From: Hemiscyllium ocellatum
Lineage: Eukaryota
DNA: 64,000 bases
Assembly (NCBI RefSeq): GCF_020745735.1
Contig: NW_026867447.1
Span: 496,001 to 560,000, forward strand
Direction of reading: 5' to 3'
The notes beneath the pieces were generated by a model. It searched no databases. It had not been told where the DNA came from and worked only from the letters and a program-made list of their open reading frames with translations. Both the position numbers and the translations under genes were made by a program. Below are positions 12,951 through 22,960 of the stretch, piece after piece (positions within the stretch are counted from its first letter, which is position 1; each line of letters starts with the position of its first letter).

Positions 12951-13512
12951 TTTTCAGGGGCAGAGGGTGGAGCAGAACTGTAAGTATATAACTAACTGAC
13001 TGCGGGGATTCACGGCCTTGTTTTCAGGGACAGAGGGTGGAGCAGAGCTATAAATATATTACTAACTGACCTTGTTTTCAGAGATGGAGGGTAACGCACA
13101 GCTAAAAGTAAATGACTAACTGACCGTGGGGATTCACGGCCTTGTTTTCAGGGGTGGAGGGTAAAGTACAGCTAACAGTAAATAACTAACTGACCGTGGG
13201 GATTCACGGCCTTGTTTTCAGAGATGGAGGGTAACGCACAGCTAAAAGTATACAACTAACTGACCGCGGGGATTCACGGCCTTGTTTTCAGGGATGGAGG
13301 GTAACATACAGTTAAACGTAAATAACTAACTGACCCCGGGGATTCACGGTCTTGTTTTCAGGGGTGGAGGGTAATGCACATCTAAAGGTATATAACTGAC
13401 TGACTGCGGGGATTCACGGACATGTTTTCAGGTGTGGAGGGTAAAGTACAGCTAAAAGTAAATAACTAACTGACCGTGGGGATTCACGGCCTTGTTTTCA
13501 GGGGTGGAGGGT
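12951..13512. repeat. 70-bp minisatellite, 8 units plus a partial ninth
   Basis: TTTTCAG starts at 12951, 13021, 13075, 13145, 13215, 13285, 13355, 13425, 13495 (period 70; one unit has a 16-bp deletion). Confidence 0.97.
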
Positions 13513-14721
13513 GTTATAAGTGACTTCTGTCTAGGTATTCTAAATTTCCGGAGAATAGTCCCTGACACTCGGCTAACTACTCTACACTAGGGCCATGGTT
13601 CAGATCAACCGGGATCTGCCTCCACACCCTGCCGACCGCGGACTGTCCTTTAACCCTTGACTTCAAGGGAGACTGTCCACAAGGTCCCGTCCTAGGAGGT
13701 GAACTTCAAGCTGTCAGCACCAGCCCTTATCCCCTCCGGCTACCGCTTTTCCCGTGGCAAATCGAAATGCTGCGAGACACACAAATGGAGCAAAGGATGT
13801 TTATTCAAACTTGCAAGTTTGGACGTCTTCCAAAAGGACTTAGGAAGAATCGCGCGGAAAGGTTTTACAGCAGTAATATTTATACATTATTCTTACATTT
13901 GAAAACATTAGTGACAATTCCATTGGTTAAAACATTTCACGCTTTTCTCTGCCAATTCTTTAATTAAATGTTATATTGTTTTTAACAATTCTGCTGGTTA
14001 AAGCATTTCTTGGTTATCTGCATGTCATAAAAGGGCTTCTATTGTATTTTGCCCTCTGTGTCTAGTTAAAGCATTCCTTGGTATCTTGCCCAAGGTTACC
14101 ATGTTCCTGACATAACAGCGGTGACTTCTGGTTCATGTTCCCATATGGCCTAGTTGAATATCAGTCTCATAATTAGCCTTTACTCATTAAACCTCAGTTT
14201 TAGTACAGAAATTACCTTACNNNNNNNNNNNNNNNNNNNNNNNNNNNNNNNNNNNNNNNNNNNNNNNNNNNNNNNNNNNNNNNNNNNNNNNNNNNNNNNN
14301 NNNNNNNNNNNNNNNNNNNNNNNNNNNNNNNNNNNNNNNNNNNNNNNNNNNNNNNNNNNNNNNNNNNNNNNNNNNNNNNNNNNNNNNNNNNNNNNNNNNN
14401 NNNNNNNNNNNNNNNNNNNNNNNNNNNNNNNNNNNNNNNNNNNNNNNNNNNNNNNNNNNNNNNNNNNNNNNNNNNNNNNNNNNNNNNNNNNNNNNNNNNN
14501 NNNNNNNNNNNNNNNNNNNNNNNNNNNNNNNNNNNNNNNNNNNNNNNNNNNNNNNNNNNNNNNNNNNNNNNNNNNNNNNNNNNNNNNNNNNNNNNNNNNN
14601 NNNNNNNNNNNNNNNNNNNNNNNNNNNNNNNNNNNNNNNNNNNNNNNNNNNNNNNNNNNNNNNNNNNNNNNNNNNNNNNNNNNNNNNNNNNNNNNNNNCA
14701 GAAATTACATTAACCATATCA
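13512..14721 (-). mobile_element. Probable 3' LTR of the ERV (interrupted by assembly gap)
   Basis: Starts TGATAT right after the PPT and ends ATAACA at 13512. Minus strand has CCAAT (13922-13926), TATAAAT (13878-13884), AATAAA (13800-13805) and a downstream TTTGTGTGTCT element. Continuity across the gap is inferred. Confidence 0.6.
14221..14698. other. Assembly gap (478 N)
   Basis: Run of N. Confidence 1.
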
Positions 14722-14722
14722 A

Positions 14723-14736
14723 TCCCCCCTGTCTTT
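14723..14736 (-). promoter_or_regulatory. Retroviral polypurine tract
   Basis: AAAGACAGGGGGGA immediately after the env stop and 1 nt before TG. Confidence 0.8.
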
Positions 14737-15489
14737 TTATACAGTCTGTAATTTCTGCAGCATAATCATGGCCTGTCTATCCCAATCAGCCTCAGGATCG
14801 TCCGCATTAGTCTGGAGGTGAATGCCCACTACTGTACGCGGGTCGCCCTTCATCAGGGCCGTCTCAATAAGGCGGGTAATCAGGCCCCGCAGACAGGGAA
14901 TTATACAACAGCCCAAAGCGACTAAAACCCCTGTTACCACTAGAAGTGTAATCACTACTGAGACCACCACCCCCTTCCATTTACCGAACCACCGCTCTAG
15001 CCAGCCAGTCCAATCAGTATTTACACCTGAATTCTCAGCTATTTCCTCGGCCAGCGCCTGGAGACCCTCCAAGGCACGGGTGACCGAGCCGTCAGGGGCC
15101 GTATTGTTGGGAATAAAAGTGCAACATTGAGAGCCGATCATGGCACAAACACCCCCCTTTTCAGCTAGGAGCATATCCAAGGCCAGCCTATTTTCCCAAG
15201 CCATACGACTGGTGGCATCCAGTTGTTCCGCCAGGCCCTTTACTGCATCCCTAGTATGGTTAATAAATCGTGCTTGGTTATAATAAATGTAGTTTATCCA
15301 ATCGACATTCTTGTTAATAGTGACCCACCAGAACAGGGACGACTCAAAGCCTGCTGCAATTTGGTTACGAGCTTTGAACTCATCAGGCACCCACCTAGGG
15401 ACCCCTATTGAATCAAGATAAATCTTATCATCAAAAGAAGTGGGCAACAGCGACCTCCTATCCCTTCCCTTTCTCCCGACTATCTGTTC
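14737..15489 (-). mobile_element. env: Endogenous retrovirus env, TM subunit only (class I/gamma-type), open frame of 250 codons plus stop, no SU or signal peptide
   Basis: Furin site RDRR (15454-15465), fusion region GVPRWVPDEFKARNQIAAGFES, immunosuppressive domain ENRLALDMLLAEKGGVC, CX6CC (CAMIGSQCC), hydrophobic anchor VVVSVVITLLVVTGVLVALG. In-frame TGA at 15490-15492; upstream DNA is not recognisably viral. Confidence 0.93.
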
Positions 15490-17789
15490 TCACATTGGTG
15501 AGTTTCTGTATCCCATGAGGTAGATTCAATGCAGTCAGTAATGAGAAATAAAGCAGATCAAATATAATGTTGTTAATTATTATTAGGTCAATTAATAGGG
15601 ATAACTATATGCTGTTCTATGAGCCTCAGGATTTAAAAGCCTTTTCAGTGGAGCCACTGCTGATTTACCCAACGGGCTATCCTGGTGAACTCACTGATAC
15701 GGAAACCTCTATAATCTGGGACAATGATGAAATACAAACTGACTGGAACCGCAACTTAGCAGAAAAACTAGGGAACAGAGAGAGATTGGGGCCGAAGCTC
15801 AGAACACAGAGGCACTGCAAACCCACGCACCCACTGACACAGCTTCTCGAGATGGGTTATGATGTGGTTCTGCACTATTCAGTTCTGATCTATGATCGGA
15901 ACCAATGCTTCTCTGTCAAGCCGATGTGGTTTATGGATAAAAATAATGTCTGCTAAAAGGCAACTACAAAGCTCTCTTGCGATAATGTGACACAGAATCA
16001 AGTGAAATGTGGAGTATCTCCTTTTGGGGCTTCTTGCATCCTTTCAAGTGGCAGCTGAATTTGGTGATCAGGTATCAGTTACTATCGAATTGGATGAAAT
16101 CTTGTTAGTGGTTCATTTATTTACATTTCCCTATCTCTGAGGTTTGCCCCATTTCTTTATTAAAGAGCCAATGTGTGTGAGATCTCTTTAGGGCTGTCCA
16201 TAGGATAGCCGTACTCCTGCCACTGTGCAAATGCATATTGATATCTGCCTTTAAAAACAATCTGAATCTATGGTCACATACTGGTGTAGGAACTGAGTGG
16301 GGCCCAGAACAGAATGAGCAACTCTTCATCTGCTGCAAACCAATGTGGGCAGCTTTTCAAACTGTCATTATCACAAGGGTGTTTTTGGTGCCATATTCAC
16401 TATTCAGAATAACAATTAATTTTCCTGTTCGTGCAGCATTTCTCTCTATTACTTTACATAACAGTGTGCTGTGTGTATGTGCATGTAGTTCGTTTCTATT
16501 TATTCCTGTTCCTCAATGGCTTTGAAATTGTTGCTGTATAGGATCAAAGGTAAAGTAATGTCTCCACAAGGACATTGTTGCTGGTTTCCCTCTGAGACCA
16601 GTGCAGAACTTTACCAGTTCATTGTCGGCCTGATACATTATAGTGAAGTTTCACTCTGCCAGCTGGGACAACATGGACATTTGAGTATTGATGAAAATAA
16701 AGTGTTTTTTTATTGAAGTCTTTAGTATTGTACTTATCAGGACACTCTCAAGAATACCAATGGTAAGGGAGAAAGCATTTAATCTGTCTGGGTAATGAGT
16801 GCTGATTGGTAAAGGCATGGAGAATGGACCAGGTGATGATTGGCAGTTAACTGCCAATGCTTGTTGTGATTTGACTAAATTGGTGATGGCCATTCTCGGA
16901 CTCATTTGGCAGGGCAATACCTTGACCACTCAGGCAACCTGCCAATTGCAAACTTAACAAAGTTTAGCTGTTAACTGTCCGTCACCATCTGACCAGTCCA
17001 TTTCCACTGGGGACATCTCGATCAATCATTGTGCACTTTCCAAAGCATCAGAACTTGTTCAGTGTAAAATGTTGTTTCCCTTAATATCAAAATCCTTGCA
17101 GCTATCCTGATGTATGCAAGACAAAAAAAAAAGAGCATGTCCTATTTTATATCAATATCCAATTTCTATATTTGCAAACAACCGTTTGAATATGGGAACC
17201 TTTTGTTAATGGAGTATCCAACATCCAGTTGATATAATTAAAATGGAATCTAGTTTTCGAATTTGAAAAGATTTAACCCCCTGACAAGCCCACTTTGTAC
17301 ATGCAGATCCTTTTTGAATATTGTATCAGTCTGGCTGTTGAAAGACAGCTTTGGAAAGTTGTTTATTTCTGTTAACTTCTATTAAAGGAATTGCTGAAAC
17401 GGTGGATAATGCATTCTATTGCATTTACAAAACTGAGATATCTTGTGAAATCAGGAGATGTGCACAGTGCAAATAAAAATCCCATTTAATGCTGGCCTGG
17501 ACAAGACTGGTAAACTTAAACTTGTGCTTATAGAGAAAGGACTGAGATCTTAACTGGCTCATTATCATCGAATGTATTGAGTTTAAACTTATGTCTATCT
17601 CTAAATTCTTCAAGGCCTTGATCCACGCTGTCTCTTGTACCCCTTATATACACACTCTGTTCTTTGGTTCTCTGATTGCTTTATATCTTTTTGTCCATGA
17701 GTATGGTCAAGCCCCCTTAATTAGCTGTACTTTACTGATAAACTTCCTTACATGCCCTCTGGTACTCATTCTCACTCGAATGCTGAATA

Positions 17790-18525
17790 TAGGGTTAAAG
17801 GCAGGATTCTTGGCAGTGTGGAGGAACAGAGGGATCTGGGTGTGCAAGTACATAGATCCCTCAAAGTTGCCACCCAAGTGGATAGGGTTGTTAAGAAAGC
17901 ATATGGTGTTTAGGCTTTCATTTACAGGGGAATCGAGTTTGAGAGCAGCGAGGTTTTGCTACAGCTCTACAAGTCCCTGGTGAGACCACACCTGGAATAT
18001 TGTGTCCAGTTCTGGTCACCCTGCTGTAAGAAATAGATAGAGGCTTTGGAGAGGGTGCAAAGAAGGTTTGCCAGGATGCTGCCTGAACTGGAGGGCTTGC
18101 CTTATGAAGAAAGGTTGAATAAGCTCAGACTTTTCTCTCTGGAGAAGGAAGAAGAGAGGAGACCTGATTGAGGTATACAAAATAATGAGAGGAATAGATA
18201 AAGTCAATAGCTAGAGAATTTTCCCCAGGGCAGGATTGACTGGTACGAGGGGGGTCATAGTTTTAAGATATTAGGAGAAAGGTATAGAGGAGATATTAGA
18301 GTAGGTTCTTTACACAGAGAGTTGTGAATGCATGGAATACATTGCCAGCGGTGGTGGTGGAAGCAGAGTCATTAGGGACATTTAAGTGACTGCTGGACAT
18401 GCACATGTTTAGCAGTGAGTTGAGGGGTGTGTAGGTTGTTATATTTTACATTAGGATTAGACCTCGGCACACTGTTGTGGGCCAAAGGGCCTGTTCTGTG
18501 TTGTATCTTTCTATGTTCTATGTTA
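17790..18525 (+). mobile_element. CR1 LINE 3' portion
   Basis: CAGAGGGATCTGGGTGTGCAAGTACATAGATCCC ... CACCTGGAATATTGTGTCCAGTTCTGG ... TTCTATGTTCTATG tail. Confidence 0.9.
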
Positions 18526-20291
18526 AAGCATCTCATAAATGTGAGTATTAATATCCACTTTGGCAGATTTAATTGATTTTCATTGGAATGTATCTGCCAA
18601 ACCTTTAGCAAAACTGAATCAGCAAACAGCTTCAAACTGTGCATACGTCCAACTCAAAACATTGCTGCTCCTCATTAACTTTTTCAAATGCACTGCTCCA
18701 TTCCAAATAGCGGACCACCCGTTCCCATTCATAGAAATGTGTTTCTGACGGATGGAAGTGGTTGTTTCTGTACTTCTGCCATTTTTATTGAACTCATCTC
18801 AAGTTACACTTTAGAATTTGATGGTCAGGCCAAGACTGTTTGTGTTAAGCTTTAACAATTTTGACCAGGTTGCCAGCTCTTCATGTTCTTGAATATTGGA
18901 ATGGGACTGGGTTCTATCAGCCCTCTAGGGACAGGCTGCAAGGTCATTAGGTGGATAATAGGGTGGAAGATGATAAGGGAAGGAAGGAGTTTCCACCTCC
19001 GTAGTATGTTATTGATCCCAAATTCGGGAAAGGATGACCACTCAGGTGGTCAATGTAGAGTGTGTTCCAGCCAATGCTGGCAGTTTATTAGCAGTAAGGT
19101 CCTCCATTGTGTGGGAGACCTCCCCCTGCATCCTAGTGACACACCTGGAGGATGTCCCTCCTAATGAAGTACCTTGTGGCTCACAACAGGGTATCCCATC
19201 TGCACACTGGAACAGTCTCCTGTCCATGGTGGCGATCACTACGGGAACTGGAAATCAGAGTAAGTGAGTGAAAGAAGCCGTGAGGGCTAGAGTGTTCACA
19301 ACATTCCCAGGACCAGGTTGGCAGCTCCTACTGAGGCCATTAATAAGTCATTAAGATCCCCCAATTGGTGCAAGGACGATGGGTTAGTCCTACTCCTAGT
19401 AAGAGGACTGTGATTCCTGCTGTTTCAGTGCTATCAAGCAAATCGTGAAGTGTGGCCATGTGATAAAATCATTTACATTCAGTGCTGGATACTTGAGACT
19501 TTTTGTGAGAAACTTTATAATTCTTCTAAATGTTCTTAATGCACTTTTTGTTTCATGCAATGGTGATTTTCTACGTAGGATTACAGAGGAAAAACAGACC
19601 ATTTGGCACAATCAGTTTATGCCAGTGCTTATGTTCTACTCAAGGTGTTTCACATCTTTCCTCATCTAAATCGCCTGTTGCAATTCTCTATTCCCATCCC
19701 TTCCTAGTGCTCGCCTAGTTTCCTTGAAATACATCTAAACTATTGATTTCAACTATTCCGTCTGGTCACATATTCCCCATTCTCATCATTCTTTCAGTGA
19801 AGAGGTTTCTTCTGAATTCCCTTTTGGACTTCTTGAGGTACCGTCTTATATTGACAGCCTCGAGTTATATTCTATCCCACAGTGAAATGTTTTCTTTGTA
19901 CCTTCTCTTTTCAAAACCTTTCTTAATTTTCGAACTGTCAGCCTTCTTTTCAAGAGAGAAGTGAACAGCACAACAATTCTTCCTGGATATACACAGCCAG
20001 AAACTTGTGGAGCTTTCTCATAAATCATCTCTTTACTCTCTCTCATACATTCTATAATATGTCAACTCGAACTGCAAACAATACTCTTAATTATAGTCAA
20101 CCAAATTTTTATAGTGACCCTACTTTCAAATCTATCCCTTTAGAGATAAAACTTGGTACTTTGTTTGCATTTTTATGGCCTTTGGAACCTGTGGTGAAAT
20201 TGTTAGTGACTGATGTAATTGTCTGAAATCCCTTTGTTTGTCTCCCTCACTTAGACGTGCATCTTTGAATAAGTGACCTGCACATTATTCC

Positions 20292-20978
20292 AAGGCCCCA
20301 AGGGATCCTTCCATATCCACCACAAATTCACCTGCACCTCCACACACATCATCTATTGCATCCGCTGCACCCGATGTGGCCTCCTCTATATTGGGGAGAC
20401 GGGCCACCTACTTGCGGAACATTTCAGAGAACACCTCTGGGACACCGGACCAACCAACCCAACCACCCCGTGGCTCAACACTTTAACTCCCCCTCCCACT
20501 CCACCAAGGACATGCAGGTCCTTGGACTCCTCCATCGCCAGACCATAACAACACGACGGTTGGAGGAAGAGCACCTCATTTTCCGCCTGGGAACCCTCCA
20601 ACCACAAGGGATGAACTCAGATTTCTCCAGTTTCCTCATTTCCCTCCCCCCACTTTGTCTCAGTCGAATCCCTCGAACTCAGCACCCCCTTCCTAACCTG
20701 CAATCTTCTTCCTAACCTCTCCGCCCCCACCCCACTCCGGCCTATCACCCTCACCTTGACATCCTTCCACCTATCACATCTCCATCACCCCTCCCCCAAG
20801 TCCCTCCTCCCTACCTTTTATCTTAGCCTGCTGGACACACTTTCCTCATTCCTGATGAAGGGCTTATGCCCGAAACGTCGAATTTCCTGTTCCTTGGTTG
20901 CTGCCTGACCTGCTGCGCTTTTCCAGCAACACATTTTCAGCTCTGATACTCCAGCATCTGCAGACCTCACTTTCGCCT
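20292..20978 (+). mobile_element. 5'-truncated Penelope-like retroelement (GIY-YIG endonuclease and 3' end), 13-bp TSD
   Basis: IIYCIRCTRCGLLYIGETGHLLAEHFREH, then after a frameshift NHPVAQHFN...EEEHLIFRLGTLQPQGMNSDF. TGCACATTATTCC at 20279-20291 and 20979-20991. Confidence 0.92.
20848..20883 (+). ncRNA. Minimal hammerhead ribozyme motif, intact
   Basis: ATTC-CTGATGA-A-GGGC-TTAT-GCCC-GAAA-CGTC-GAAT in the PLE 3' region. Confidence 0.78.
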
Positions 20979-21559
20979 TGCACATTATTCCTACCAAGAT
21001 GTAATACCTTACCTTTATCTGTGTGGATCTTCATTTGCTAATTATTTGAACATACCGTAAATTAATTAATGATCTCTTGCAACTTCTTGTAGTCCTCAGA
21101 ATTGGCTACATTTCAACATTCCTTTCCAATTTCATGTCATTGTATTGCTAATTTTTTTGTCGTAATTAGATGCAATATTTAATTTGCAGTTTTACTTTAT
21201 TTTGTTTTGAAGTTTTAGAGAGGTGCAGTAATCCACACATTAACTACAACAACTAAATGTAGAATGACAGATAGATAAAAATTATTACAAACACAGGACT
21301 AATTAATAGACTCTATTAACTTCACGGTCAAAACAGGGAATTATTTTTTACACGAATGATATGGTGCACTATCTGTAGTACAATAACTTTTTGTCCATTT
21401 TTTTGTTGTAGTTTATTTTCCAGGTCTTTCCATACACACCATAAATTGAAAAGGCACCCATCCTCCATTTTAAACTAAATGATAATAAAAAAAACAACAT
21501 TTATATTAAATGCAACATGATTTATGAAGCCAATCCTCTAGGCTTATACATATTCACAG

Positions 21560-22015
21560 CCATGTAGAGTTATATAGGGAGAGGCTGAATAGGCTGGGGT
21601 TGATTTCTCTGGAGCGTTGGAAGCTGAGGGGTGACTTTATAAAGGCTTATAAAATCATCAGAGGCATGGATACAGTGAATAGGCAAGGTTTTTTCCCTGA
21701 GATGGGTGGAGTCTCATCTAAACCTACACTCATGAGTCTAGGTTTAGAGTGAGAGGGGAAAAAGTTGAAAGTACCTAAGGAGTAACTTTTTCATGCAGAG
21801 GGTGGTGTGTATGGAATGAACTGCCAGAGGAAGTGGTGGAGGCTGGTGCAATTTCAACATTTAAAAGGCATCTGAGTGTGTATAAGAATAGGAAGGGTTT
21901 AGAGGGATATGGGCCAAGTACTGGCAAATGGGACTAGATTAGTTTAGGATATCTGGTCAGCATGGGCAAGTGAGACTGAAAGATCTGTTTCCAAGTTGTA
22001 CATCTCTATGACTCT
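21560..22015 (+). mobile_element. CR1 LINE 3' fragment
   Basis: GAGAGGCTGAATAGGCTGGG...GGGACTAGATTAG...CTCTATGACTCT, as at 2580-2997. Confidence 0.85.
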
Positions 22016-22024
22016 GTGATCTAC

Positions 22025-22960
22025 CCCTTTGCTCTTAATGTACTAGTCGAATCTCTTTGGATTATCTTGAACATTATCTGCCAAGGCTATCTCATTTTCC
22101 TTTCTTGCCCTCCTCATTTCCCTCTTTAGAATGTCCCTGCCCCTCTTTTACTCTTCGAGATTCACTGAATCTCACTTATCTATATCTAATATATGATTCA
22201 TTCTTAATCTGAACCAGATTAAGAATGAATATCTTTATTCATTCTGAATATCTTTATTCCTCCAGTGTTCCCTCCTCTTACCAGCCTTATCTTCACACTA
22301 ACAGGAACATCATACCTCCGAACTCTCGTTATCTCACTTCTGAAAGCTTCACTCTTGCCGGCCGTCCCTTGAGCTGCAAACAGTCTACTCCAATCAACTC
22401 TTGAAAGTTTTTGTCTCATACTATCAAAATTTGCCCTAGTTCAATTAAGAACTTTAGCTTATATATAATGCCAATCCTTTCCATAGATATTTTAAACTAA
22501 TCGAAATATGACCCGGGCCCCAAAAAGCTCCCCTACTAACCATTCAGTCACTTGTCCTGCCTTATATCACAAGAGTAGGTCAGGTTTGCTCTTTCTGTGA
22601 GAGTTACATCTGCATATTAATGAAGAAAATTGACTTTAGCACTTACCAAATTCCTCACCATCCAAGCTCTTAAGATCATGACTGTCCCACTTTATGTTTG
22701 GAAGGTTAAAACTTGCGATTATTGCAATCCTATTATTCTTACATATAAATAAGATCTCTCCACATATTCATTACTCAATTTCACTCTGACTACTGGGGGG
22801 ACTATTACAATTGCATCAAAGTAACCATGCCCTTCTTATTTATGAGTTCCATCCACATAGCTTCAGTGGACCATCCCTCAGAAATACCTTGTGTTAGAAC
22901 AGCAGTAATGTATCACCACAAGAAAAAATGACTCCAATCTCCTTCTAGCTCTTCCTACTT
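22025..22960 (-). mobile_element. Old CR1 ORF2 (endonuclease region) fragment
   Basis: Reverse-complement similarity to 540-1050 and 10800-11600; heavily decayed. Confidence 0.6.

Noticed and set aside
12951-13512. CRISPR array
   Set aside because: Eukaryotic context, whole 70-bp unit repeated without unique spacers, no cas genes.
13512-14117. Independent 606-bp solo LTR (TGTTAT...ATAACA)
   Set aside because: No target-site duplication (AGGG vs GCGG), no PPT or PBS at 14118; better read as part of the env-linked LTR.
14154-14765. ORFs spanning the gap
   Set aside because: Artefacts of translating N.
15567-15956. 129-aa plus-strand ORF next to env
   Set aside because: No recognisable motif or splice context; not SU, gag or pol.
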